From contig CAYRYE010000001.1 of assembly GCA_964428655.1 (NCBI GenBank), positions 312,406-376,405 on the forward strand: a stretch of DNA of 64,000 bases, written 5' to 3'. The notes below the pieces were generated by a model. That model was not told the origin of the DNA. It ran no database searches and worked only from the letters and a program-made list of their open reading frames with translations. Shown here in pieces: positions 38,129 to 47,465 of the stretch. The stretch is from an uncultured Gammaproteobacteria bacterium. GTDB lineage: Bacteria; Patescibacteriota; Microgenomatia; UBA12405; JAHJSD01. Positions within the stretch are counted from its first letter, which is position 1; the number at the start of each line of letters is the position of its first letter. The position numbers were made by a program, and so were the translations under genes.

Positions 38129-38332
38129 ATGGAGCGAGAAAGAATCCTGAAGAAGATTGCAAAGCAAGAAGCGGCTATTCGGTTAGATAGCACGCGATTT
38201 GCAGGCCATATTCTAAAAAGGCATAGGGGCAAACCGGCGACAGCTTGCCATGAGTGCAACAATTTTCGCCAAGCACTGCGGGGAGGCAGGGAGCTTTTGG
38301 GTAGTTATCGAAGAGAATTACAACAACAATGA
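38129..38332 (+). CDS. Small hypothetical protein with His/Cys motif
   Basis: H...RH......CHEC. Confidence 0.35.
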   Translation: MERERILKKIAKQEAAIRLDSTRFAGHILKRHRGKPATACHECNNFRQALRGGRELLGSYRRELQQQ

Positions 38333-38371
38333 ATTGCCAAAATCAAGACAGGAGTTGATTTTTGGTATTTC

Positions 38372-38467
38372 GCCTAACAAGGTATATCTGGTGAACTTGA
38401 CATAGTGCCAGGTTCAGCCCAAATCCTTTGACAAGCTCAGGACTTCAGATATACCTGAACGTTGTCC
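38372..38467 (+). mobile_element. attC-like site 2
   Basis: GCCTAAC-aaggtatatctg ... cagatatacc-tgaac-GTTGTCC. Confidence 0.75.
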
Positions 38468-38493
38468 GACATATTTTTTAAGATTTTTTCAGG

Positions 38494-39249
38494 ATGTTTA
38501 CAATCAACAATTATCCCAAATCGTATGCCAAAACAAAACCAGGTTTTTATAGGTTGCGAGGTTGGCAAACATCGGACATTGATATTGAACAAGTAGAATC
38601 AAAATTTTGGAAATTCATTGCTTCATTCGCAGATTCAAAACAGCCAAGAAAATTTTTTAAAACCTATGAGTTTATGGATGCCGGGTGGGAATGGTCGGTT
38701 TTTCGTAAAGATAACCAAACAGTTGTCAAAATACCTGCCGGAATCTTTCTCGAAGTTAATGACAAGATATATCTTAAAAATACAGAATTTGCCTATCAAA
38801 AAATTCTTGATTATTTCCCGGCGAAATTTGTCGCCCAAACTTCCTTCGAAAGATCCGATGGATTAAACATAATGGAGCAGGACTATATTGTGGGCAAGGA
38901 CAACGAAAGTATTGGGTACAATACGAAAAATCTCGAATTATTAAAGAATATAAAAAAATTTCTTGAATCTGCGTTGCAAATGTTGAATGATTACCAATGG
39001 CTTCCTGACTTTGATATTCGTAGAGCTTCTGGAGGGTTTAGACTACGAAATGTAATTATTCAAAAAAACATTCCCAAAATTATTGATTTTACCGCCTACT
39101 ACGATGTTTATCGACTATGCCCGCAGAGAACCGTAGAGGAAGTTAAAGATAAAAGGGGGCACATTGTTGATTTTCTTAATTGGATTAACAAGAAGAAAAA
39201 AATCTCAAAAAATACGCAAGGGGACGTTGCGCTTTCGCAAAAATTGTAA
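38494..39249 (+). CDS. Protein-kinase-like fold protein, cassette gene
   Basis: DAGWEWSVF, VVKIP, IMEQDYI.G, LPD...RNV, KIIDF. Confidence 0.55.
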   Translation: MFTINNYPKSYAKTKPGFYRLRGWQTSDIDIEQVESKFWKFIASFADSKQPRKFFKTYEFMDAGWEWSVFRKDNQTVVKIPAGIFLEVNDKIYLKNTEFAYQKILDYFPAKFVAQTSFERSDGLNIMEQDYIVGKDNESIGYNTKNLELLKNIKKFLESALQMLNDYQWLPDFDIRRASGGFRLRNVIIQKNIPKIIDFTAYYDVYRLCPQRTVEEVKDKRGHIVDFLNWINKKKKISKNTQGDVALSQKL

Positions 39250-39280
39250 GAAATGATTGTACAATTTTGTGCTCACCCTC

Positions 39281-39411
39281 GCACAACACAGTATATAGGG
39301 TTCGGTTCGTTGCATTCCCTCAACCCAAATTGCCCATACACTATTGCGATGTTAAAATCATCTTATCGCAATTACGTTTCTCGCAACTTCCCATATACTG
39401 AAACGTTATAC
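39281..39411 (+). mobile_element. attC-like site 3
   Basis: GCACAAC-acagtatataggg ... cccatatactg-aaac-GTTATAC. Confidence 0.75.
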
Positions 39412-39470
39412 GAAATTCGCATTCTAGAATTTTTTATTGAAATTGGCTTGATTATTAATTAAACTAAATT

Positions 39471-39920
39471 ATGTCAAAAGAGACGGGAAAACCTAAAGAA
39501 GTGGGAAGATTCTTGGTCGCTGTTGGGGCAATTATTGAGCATTCCCCAACAGGTAAAATATTACTGTTGAAAAGAAGCCCCAAAAAGGACTTTTCTGGTG
39601 GTATTTGGGAATATATTACTGGCCGAATGAATCAGTTCGAAGAACCAAGGGATGCCTTGAGAAGAGAAATTAAAGAAGAGGCTGGAATTGAAGTTACAAT
39701 AATTAAGCCAACTTCAACCTACCATATTTTCAGGGGTGAAAGAACTGCAGAAAACGAACTTGTTGGTATAATGCACTGGTGCACAGTGGATTCAGACAAG
39801 ATTGTATTATCTGAAGAGCATACAGAATATAAATGGGTTTCTCCAGAAGAAGCATTGAAAATGATTCAAAAGCCCAGTATGCAAAATGATATAAAGGCAT
39901 ACATGCGTGAGAAAGAATAA
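39471..39920 (+). CDS. NUDIX hydrolase, cassette gene
   Basis: G.....E....A.RREIKEEAGI Nudix box; SEEH..Y.W. Confidence 0.9.
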   Translation: MSKETGKPKEVGRFLVAVGAIIEHSPTGKILLLKRSPKKDFSGGIWEYITGRMNQFEEPRDALRREIKEEAGIEVTIIKPTSTYHIFRGERTAENELVGIMHWCTVDSDKIVLSEEHTEYKWVSPEEALKMIQKPSMQNDIKAYMREKE

Positions 39921-40396
39921 AAAATTAAGAATACGAACTCAAGGGGGGGTATTGTACTTTCGGTTGGCTCATTTGTTACACACACTCGACCCATATTGGC
40001 TATTTTCTCTGCCAGCCGTGGTATAATTAGCCATGCAGGCAGTTATTAATATCAATGGAGCGCTATCTCACCAAAGAGGTGATTAAGTATATGGTAGGAC
40101 AACAGGGAGGAAGTGAAAAAAGTAAAAGTGGTTATTCCTATACTACTATTTCGGGATCCTGCGTCCCCATGGCCACTTCGGCAGAGCATTTCAGATTAGA
40201 TTTGCATACTCTGTCTTTTTTACGCCCAAGGGACCGGGCCAGACATGGAGGAATGAGTCCTTCTATTACAGGTGGAAGACTTAGTAGGCCACCAAGTGGT
40301 AGATTGGCAACTCGGGGTTGATGAAGTTATTATCTTTGTGTCATTGTTATAGGAAATAAACACAGTGACTTTTTCGTTAGGTAAAATTTATTTATC

Positions 40397-40702
40397 CTAC
40401 CTTCTTACTTTTCGAAGACTCATTTCTGTATCACATTTTTTACATCGGGCACGGGTAACTTTGCCTGGCGTTATCACAACATCAAATCCATACCTTTCAA
40501 GCCGGCTTTTGGTAAATGTTCTCTGGGTCCATCTTGTTGTAACTGGTCCGCCAGCACCCTCACTCGCTCCAATATTAAACATCAGTTGACTTAAGGGGCA
40601 ACGTTCTCTTTCGGACCTGTTCACAGGATGTCTGGGTGGGCCAGCAGGACAACGCCTACTTCTTATTGCTGGATAAGTGGGAAGGTATTTAAATTTACTC
40701 AT
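40397..40702 (-). CDS. Small Cys-containing hypothetical protein
   Basis: TATAAT (40709-40714, minus strand) just upstream of the ATG at 40702; CKKC. Confidence 0.35.
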   Translation of the reverse strand: MSKFKYLPTYPAIRSRRCPAGPPRHPVNRSERERCPLSQLMFNIGASEGAGGPVTTRWTQRTFTKSRLERYGFDVVITPGKVTRARCKKCDTEMSLRKVRR

Positions 40703-40775
40703 AAAAACATTATAACATGGTTGGAAAGGCAAAATAAACTTCTCTGTTGACGCTCCACACTGCACTTTTCGGATC

Positions 40776-40889
40776 ACCTAATATAGTATAGCTAGTTCAT
40801 TTCATTGCACTCGCTCGACCCATATTGGATAACTTTGTAGTAAAATAAAATTATAAAATGCCCACATTAGATACACACGAACGTTAGAT
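40776..40889 (+). mobile_element. Degenerate attC-like site 4
   Basis: ACCTAAT-atagtatagctag, shared core gttcatttcattgcactcgctcgaccca, ends acgaac-GTTAGAT. Confidence 0.55.
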
Positions 40890-40985
40890 GAAATTTTGAA
40901 AAGCCAAAAACAAGATTGGATTAATACCCAAAGACATAATTTAGGCATTGATTAGTTGCTAATTTTGGCCTTCCAAAGCATCACG

Positions 40986-41738
40986 ATGAAATATGAAGAA
41001 AAATTTTTTGAGGCAGATGGTATAAGATTAAAATATATTACTGCAGGACAAGGCGAGCCTTTATTGTTTTTGCATGGGGGTGGCGTCAATGCCCTAACGT
41101 ATATAAAAAATTTTGAACTGCTATCTCAAAAATACTTTGTTATAGCTCCGGATATCCCTTGTTTTGGTCAATTCAGCGTTCCGAATGAATTATGGAGTTT
41201 TGATGACTTCGCAAATTTTTTTTCAAAGTTTATCGACTCATTGACTGTCAATAACATTATTCTAGTCGGTCATTCTTTTGGCGGCGGTATTGCTATTAGC
41301 TTAGCTCCGAAAAATAAAAAAATTTCTAAACTGATCTTGCTGGATTCTGCGGGGATTCCGCCTGATTATAGTTCTTTGAAAGTGATTTATTTGCTTTTCG
41401 TTAAAACATGTCATGGCTTGTTCTTATTCCAGAATAAGATTTTATCTTTAGTAATGCTTCGCGATTTTTTTAAAGAATTTTTTAGACACTTATTTTCATT
41501 ACCTCAAATTTGCAAAATTGTGAAAAATTCAGTTTTTAGAGAATACGATGTATTTAAGAAAATTAGCCAACCAACACATATTTTCTGGGGCAATACTGAT
41601 GAAGTATTTCCGAAAAAATCTGCTCAAAAAATGAATCAACTTATTAGTAATTCAAAATTAGAATATATAGAAGGAAACCATGATTGGTGTTTGCTGATGC
41701 CTCAAGAATTTTTTAAAATGATATCTAAAGTGACATAA
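40986..41738 (+). CDS. Alpha/beta hydrolase
   Basis: FLHG, APDIPCFG, GHSFGG nucleophile elbow, WGNTD, GNH. Confidence 0.9.
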   Translation: MKYEEKFFEADGIRLKYITAGQGEPLLFLHGGGVNALTYIKNFELLSQKYFVIAPDIPCFGQFSVPNELWSFDDFANFFSKFIDSLTVNNIILVGHSFGGGIAISLAPKNKKISKLILLDSAGIPPDYSSLKVIYLLFVKTCHGLFLFQNKILSLVMLRDFFKEFFRHLFSLPQICKIVKNSVFREYDVFKKISQPTHIFWGNTDEVFPKKSAQKMNQLISNSKLEYIEGNHDWCLLMPQEFFKMISKVT

Positions 41739-42592
41739 TGTGTGCCAAACTTTTTAAAGTGAGAAATAATAATCAAAAAAGGAAGATTTTGATATTGTGG
41801 CCGCTTCTAATCTTCACAATATTAGTTGTTCTTACTGATTCGTTTATCGAGGCTTTTGGCTATAAACCTTTGCCCATAATAAGTTTTTTAAAAATTTTAA
41901 TGCCTATTGCAGTGGGCTTGTTACACATCTCAATAGTTTTTACTTCTACCAGAGGGTTGCTGTTTATTTTGCTTTCATCATTAACAGGCTTATTTTTCGA
42001 AGTTGCTGGAGTCAAATATGGAGTAGTGTTTGGCGGACATTATGAATACAATAACCAATATTTTGGACTAACTCTTTTTAATATTCCGTTGTTAGTTCCT
42101 ATCTATTGGACTGTTTTTATTTACATTGGTTATTCGCTGGTAACGTCATTTTTAGTATGGATCAACAAGAATAAACCAACTATAAGCAATGACGGGTGGG
42201 CGTTATTGCCAATATTGGTTATTTTTGACGGGCTTGTTGTTACTGCTATTGATATTTTCATGGACCCTCTAATGGTTTACCAAAAAAGATGGTTTTGGCG
42301 GGAAGGCGGGCCATTTTTTAACATCCCAATTGGCAACTTTGTTGGGTGGTTTGCCGTTACCGCTATTGCAACAGGTATGTTTAGGATTTTTGAGTACTTG
42401 TTTCCCCAGAGACCGCGCCAATTTGATAAATCAATTTATCTTGTTACCACTTTTAGTTACGCCGCTTTGTGTGTATCGCTTTTTGTTTCCGCAATCGGTA
42501 TTCGCTTGCCGCAGTTAGCTTTACTGGGTGTATTCGTAATGATGCCCACAGTAATTATAAACCTTCTTTATTTCAAAAACTGGAGGGGCTAG
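41738..42592 (+). CDS. CruF-like carotenoid 1,2-hydratase family membrane protein
   Basis: E..GV..G..FG.Y.Y, IPL.VP..W, D..MDP, W.W..GG.FF.IP..NF.GW. Confidence 0.78.
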   Translation: MCAKLFKVRNNNQKRKILILWPLLIFTILVVLTDSFIEAFGYKPLPIISFLKILMPIAVGLLHISIVFTSTRGLLFILLSSLTGLFFEVAGVKYGVVFGGHYEYNNQYFGLTLFNIPLLVPIYWTVFIYIGYSLVTSFLVWINKNKPTISNDGWALLPILVIFDGLVVTAIDIFMDPLMVYQKRWFWREGGPFFNIPIGNFVGWFAVTAIATGMFRIFEYLFPQRPRQFDKSIYLVTTFSYAALCVSLFVSAIGIRLPQLALLGVFVMMPTVIINLLYFKNWRG

Positions 42593-42658
42593 ACAGAGAT
42601 AATCTGGATTGCTATATTGTAGTTAGATTAATAAATTTGCCAAGACTTTAGTTTTTCA

Positions 42659-44488
42659 ATGAGTCATAAATATAGAAAAGCTCCTCGAGGGTTAGGAGTT
42701 GCTGGTAAGGATAAGAGTGTGCTTCTTTTTCATCAGGAAACTGACCTTCGAGTCGATATTAGTTCAGACGGATTTAATTTCAGTTCTTATGGCGAAGAAC
42801 CGGTAATAAAAAGGAAAAATGGAAAAAGGGAAAACGCAAAGGACTGTTCTGATTTTAGAATTAGCAAATTAGACAAAAATTATCTTCTCGTCTATAGACT
42901 AAAGACTAAAAAAGAAACTTGCCTTTGCGGAGCCCTTTCAAAAGATTTAGTTCATTGGGAAAAAATAGGAAAGTTTTCCGAGATTAAAGAAACAGGCGTG
43001 GTGGTGCCCGACTATAAATGTGACGGAGAATTTGTGCTTTACTTTGGCAAAAAATCAATAAGGATTGCTTTTTCAAAAGATTTTAAAACATGGAGAATAT
43101 TAAAAAAGCCGCTCCTTCGCCTATCAGGTGAGTTATTAAGGGAAGATTCTTCCGCCAAAATGGGGAATGTAATCATAACCGATGAGGGGATTTTATTAAT
43201 CTACTATTTGATCAAGGGCAAAAAAAAGTCAGCCAAATATTCTATAAGGGCTGTTCTTTTTGACAAAAAAGATCCCGAAGAACCCTTGTGGTGGTCTGAT
43301 AGAATAATTTGGCAACAAGCGGAAAGTCAAGAGCCAATTAATCCCATTGGCGTTATAAAGCGAGATGACAAATTGATTTCTTATTGGCAGGCTGAAAGTG
43401 GAGCAATTTTTGCTCTTAGCCACCCCTATCTTAAATTGCTTCAGCAAGATTTAAAGCAACCCCTCCTTTCTCTTATTTTTAAGAAATTTAGAGAAAATCC
43501 GATTTTAAAGCCAGTTGCTGAAAACGCTTGGGAATCCAAACTTGTTCTTAACCCTGCCGCCATTTACGAAGAGGGCAAAGTTCACATTATCTACCGAGCA
43601 GTGGGTGATAAAAATGTGTCTGTTTTTGGCTATGCCGCTAGCAAGGATGGAATTCATATAGACGAGAGGCTTAAAAGTCCTGTTTATGTCTTCAGGGAGC
43701 CATTTGAGACCAATTCCCAGGCTCCAAACTGCCGTTCTTCTTATATATCTGGAGGAGGAAGCGGAGGCTGTGAAGATCCAAAACTAACCAGAATTGGCGA
43801 CAGGCTTTATATGACTTACGTTGCTTGGGATGGAAGTAGTCCTCCTCGAGTTGCTCTCACTTCCATAAAAATTGATGATTTTTTAAACCGGAAATGGAAC
43901 TGGGAGCGCCCAGTTTCGATATCGCCTCCGGGTGAAATGCACAAAAACTGGGCGATTTTCCCAGAAAAAATAAACGGCAAATACGCTGTTTTACATAGTC
44001 TTTCTCCAGAGATTCTGATTGACTATGTCGACAGTTTGGAATTCGATGGAAATACCCATATTAATAGCCACTATCATCCATTAGGCCGGAAAAACTGCTG
44101 GGATAATTACGTAAGGGGGGTAGGACCTCCTCCGATTAAAACAGAGGAGGGATGGCTTGTTCTTTATCACGCTATGAATAATCGAGATCTTGGAAGATAT
44201 AAATTGGGAGCAATGATTTTAGACCTTAAAACTCCCACCAAGACATTATGCCGCTCAAGAGCGCCCTTGTTAGAGCCGGATAAGCTCTACGAGAATAAGG
44301 GCTTTAAGCCTGGTGTTGTCTATGCTTGTGGTGCAGTGGTAATAGATGACCGGTTGTTTGTTTATTATGGAGGGGCGGATACTGTTGTGTGTGTAGCTCA
44401 TACCCGATTAAGTCTCCTATTAAATCAACTTAAAAACCAGGAACATATCCAGCTGGAAACAGAAGTTTCAGACTATGATTTAAACTGA
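42659..44488 (+). CDS. GH130 protein (degenerate N-terminal + intact C-terminal domain)
   Basis: NPIL.P...WE...VLNPAA, GCEDP, KNW..FPEKI.G, VVYACGAV, YYGGAD. Confidence 0.85.
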   Translation: MSHKYRKAPRGLGVAGKDKSVLLFHQETDLRVDISSDGFNFSSYGEEPVIKRKNGKRENAKDCSDFRISKLDKNYLLVYRLKTKKETCLCGALSKDLVHWEKIGKFSEIKETGVVVPDYKCDGEFVLYFGKKSIRIAFSKDFKTWRILKKPLLRLSGELLREDSSAKMGNVIITDEGILLIYYLIKGKKKSAKYSIRAVLFDKKDPEEPLWWSDRIIWQQAESQEPINPIGVIKRDDKLISYWQAESGAIFALSHPYLKLLQQDLKQPLLSLIFKKFRENPILKPVAENAWESKLVLNPAAIYEEGKVHIIYRAVGDKNVSVFGYAASKDGIHIDERLKSPVYVFREPFETNSQAPNCRSSYISGGGSGGCEDPKLTRIGDRLYMTYVAWDGSSPPRVALTSIKIDDFLNRKWNWERPVSISPPGEMHKNWAIFPEKINGKYAVLHSLSPEILIDYVDSLEFDGNTHINSHYHPLGRKNCWDNYVRGVGPPPIKTEEGWLVLYHAMNNRDLGRYKLGAMILDLKTPTKTLCRSRAPLLEPDKLYENKGFKPGVVYACGAVVIDDRLFVYYGGADTVVCVAHTRLSLLLNQLKNQEHIQLETEVSDYDLN

Positions 44489-44489
44489 A

Positions 44490-46442
44490 ATGATCAATGT
44501 TAGGCGCTTCCAAAAAAACCCGATCCTCGCTCCCAATAGAGAGAATAGTTGGGAGGCGGAAGCAGTGTTTAATGGCAGCATTGCTAGGGAAGGAAGTAAA
44601 TTCCACTTCCTTTACCGAGCAACGTCTTCTTTGCAGAATTATCATGGTTTAGATATAAAATTATCTTCAATCGGCCATGCAACAAGCAGTGACAGGATCC
44701 ATTTTGAAAATAGGAGGCCTTTTATTGTTCCCGAATACGAATGGGAAAAATTTGGCTGCGAGGATCCAAGGGTTACCAGGTTGAATGATAAATATTTTAT
44801 TTTCTACACTGCTCTTTCGGATTATCCTCCAACACCCTCGGGCATTAAAGTCGGAGTGGCAATAACTGAAGATTTCAGTCAGGGAGTAGAAAAACATCAA
44901 GTGACTCATTTTAATTCAAAAGCAATGGCTCTTTTTCCGGAAAAAGTGGCCGGGAAAATTGCCGCTGTTTTGACTGTAAATACAGACAAACCGCCGGCAA
45001 AAATTGCTCTTGCTCTTTTTGATCACGAGGAAGAAATTTGGTCAAAGGAACATTGGTCTAATTGGCTGCTTTCTCTAGATAAATATGTGATTCCACTGCT
45101 AAAGCAAGAAAGCGATCATGTAGAAGTTGGCGCCGCTCCGGTTAGAATAGAACAGGGCTGGCTGTTGATTTATTGTTATATTGAAAATTATTTTTCTTCT
45201 CGGCCAACCTTTGGAATAGAAGCTGTTTTACTTGATTTGGAAAACCCGTTGGAGATATTGGGTAGGACAGCAGAACCACTTTTAATCCCGGAAAAAAAGT
45301 ATGAGTTGCATGGCGATGTGCCCAATGTTATTTTTCCTTCTGGCGCTCTTGTTCAGGATAAAGAGTTGTGGATTTATTATGGCGCCGCCGACACCACTTG
45401 CTGTCTGGCAAAAGTGAGAGTAAAAGATGTTCTTCAGGGGATGACGCTTAAGAAACAAGTTAAATTTTCGCCAAGCAAGGTTAAATCGGTAAAGTTGGAA
45501 AGACACAAAGAGAATCCAATAATTCAGCCAAATCCGGAACATAGTTGGGAGTCCAAATACACTTTTAATCCGGCGGCTATTTATGAAAATGGGAAAGTTC
45601 ATATTATTTATCGGGCGATGGGGGATGAGGATACTTCAGTTTTTGGTTATGCCTCAAGTCAAGATGGAGTTCATCTGGAGGAACGTTTGGCCGAACCAAT
45701 CTATTTACCTAGGGAAGATTTTGAGAAAATAACTGGGCCAAAAGGAGATTCTGGTTGTGAAGACCCAAGGATCACTAAAATCGATGGTAAATTCTATGTA
45801 TGCTACACTGCTTTTGATGAGAAAAATCTGCCTCGTGTTGCCTTGACTTCAATTGAAGTTGATGATTTTCTAAATCACCGCTGGAATTGGGAAAGACCAT
45901 TTCTAATTTCCCCTCCTGAAGTGGCCGATAAAAACACTTGCATTTTATCAGAAAAAATAAAAGGCAAATATGTTTTGCTCCATCGGCTGGATCCCTGCAT
46001 TTGGATAGATTTTGTTGATGATTTGCGTTTTGAAAATGAACGATGGCTTAGTGGAAAAATACTGCTTGATCCAAGAACAAATAAGTGGGACAGTAGAAAA
46101 ATTGGCATTGGACCGCCTCCTGTTAAAACTCAAGATGGTTGGCTTTTGATTTACCATGGTCTTTCCAAGAAAGATAATAAGTATAGACTGGGAGCAGTCC
46201 TGCTGGACTTAAAAAATCCTAGTAAAGTTATTGCCAGACTGAATCGGCCTATTCTTGAACCTGAAGCGGATTATGAGAAGGAAGGCTTAAGGCCGGGTAC
46301 GGTATTTGCCTGCGGGGCAGTAGTGATTAAGGGTAGGCTGTTCGTTTATTACGGAGCGTCTGATCACGTGGTTGCTGTTGCCTCAGTTAGTTTAAACGAA
46401 ATTATGGTTCAGTTAAAAAGAAGACTTACTCCAAATTTTTAA
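44490..46442 (+). CDS. Tandem double-GH130 glycoside phosphorylase/hydrolase
   Basis: Two complete NPIL/GCEDPR/YYGA.D repeats. Confidence 0.88.
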   Translation: MINVRRFQKNPILAPNRENSWEAEAVFNGSIAREGSKFHFLYRATSSLQNYHGLDIKLSSIGHATSSDRIHFENRRPFIVPEYEWEKFGCEDPRVTRLNDKYFIFYTALSDYPPTPSGIKVGVAITEDFSQGVEKHQVTHFNSKAMALFPEKVAGKIAAVLTVNTDKPPAKIALALFDHEEEIWSKEHWSNWLLSLDKYVIPLLKQESDHVEVGAAPVRIEQGWLLIYCYIENYFSSRPTFGIEAVLLDLENPLEILGRTAEPLLIPEKKYELHGDVPNVIFPSGALVQDKELWIYYGAADTTCCLAKVRVKDVLQGMTLKKQVKFSPSKVKSVKLERHKENPIIQPNPEHSWESKYTFNPAAIYENGKVHIIYRAMGDEDTSVFGYASSQDGVHLEERLAEPIYLPREDFEKITGPKGDSGCEDPRITKIDGKFYVCYTAFDEKNLPRVALTSIEVDDFLNHRWNWERPFLISPPEVADKNTCILSEKIKGKYVLLHRLDPCIWIDFVDDLRFENERWLSGKILLDPRTNKWDSRKIGIGPPPVKTQDGWLLIYHGLSKKDNKYRLGAVLLDLKNPSKVIARLNRPILEPEADYEKEGLRPGTVFACGAVVIKGRLFVYYGASDHVVAVASVSLNEIMVQLKRRLTPNF

Positions 46443-47465
46443 ATCTGGCCTGGCGACCCGATCTAGTTTATCAAAATCCTTTTTCAGATAAATGCCTTCT
46501 TTATATTTGAAATAGGCCGCTATTCCAATCATGGCGGCATTGTCGTTATAGAGTTTATTTGAATAAGGAAAATAGAGATTTACTCTTTTTTCTTTTGTTA
46601 ATTTTCTGATCATTCGCCTTAGTTTTTTATTGGCCATAACTCCGCCGCCGCAAACAAGGTAATTAATATTGGTTTTAGAAATAGCCAAATGGAGCTTGTT
46701 AATTATTTGTTTAAAAGCTGTTTCTTGAAATGAGGCTGATAAATGGGAAAGGTTTTTTGATATTTCGTCGGAACTTAGTTTTTTTAATTTGTTTTTAAAA
46801 GCTGTTTTTAATCCGGAATAAGAAAAGTTTAGATCTTTTCTTCCCTGCATGGGAATAGGTAAGTCTAAAAAGTTTGGATTTCCTTTTTTGGCTAGTTCTT
46901 CAATAATTGGTCCGCCGGGATAAGACATGCCCATCATTTTGGCGGCTTTATCTAAGGCTTCTCCGGCCGCGTCATCAAGAGTTTTGCCAATGATTTCATA
47001 TTGAAGATGATCTTTAACTATGATTAGGCCGGTGTGGCCGCCGGAAACGACTAGGGCTAGAAGCGGGAAAGAAAAATTTCTTCTTGGATTGCCGTTTCTG
47101 TTTTGGGCAAAAGCAGAGTAAATGTGGCCTTCAGTGTGATCAACCGGTATTAATGGTTTTTGATATTTTTTAGCTAATTCTTTGGCTTTTGCGATTCCTA
47201 TTTCTAAGGCAATGACCAAACCAGGGCCAAAAGTGACGGCAATGGCATCTACGCTTTTAATAGTAATTCGGGCATTTTTTAAAGCCTGCTCAATAACCGG
47301 ATCAATTTTCTTTTCATGTTCCCTCCTGGCTAAAGAGGGATAAACGCCTCCATATTTTTTATGAATGTTAACCTGAGAAAAAACTACATTAGAAATAACT
47401 TTTCTTTTATCTGTTACTGCCGCGGCAGTCTCATCACAGGATGTTTCTATAGCGAGAATTTTCAT
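46413..47465 (-). CDS. tsaD: t6A threonylcarbamoyltransferase TsaD
   Basis: ILAIETSCDET, GPGL, HTEGH, VSGGHT, DDAAGEA.DK, FSYSGLKT, DNAAMI. Confidence 0.96.
   Translation of the reverse strand: MKILAIETSCDETAAAVTDKRKVISNVVFSQVNIHKKYGGVYPSLARREHEKKIDPVIEQALKNARITIKSVDAIAVTFGPGLVIALEIGIAKAKELAKKYQKPLIPVDHTEGHIYSAFAQNRNGNPRRNFSFPLLALVVSGGHTGLIIVKDHLQYEIIGKTLDDAAGEALDKAAKMMGMSYPGGPIIEELAKKGNPNFLDLPIPMQGRKDLNFSYSGLKTAFKNKLKKLSSDEISKNLSHLSASFQETAFKQIINKLHLAISKTNINYLVCGGGVMANKKLRRMIRKLTKEKRVNLYFPYSNKLYNDNAAMIGIAAYFKYKEGIYLKKDFDKLDRVARPDLKIWSKSSF

Noticed and set aside
38424-38443. tcctttgacaagctcaggac REP-like motif inside attC2
   Set aside because: Single copy in the window, no RAYT gene; cannot be supported as a separate element
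37226-40889. Repeats considered as a CRISPR array or IS ends
   Set aside because: Copies are long, imperfect palindromes separated by whole genes; no cas or transposase; the attC model fits better
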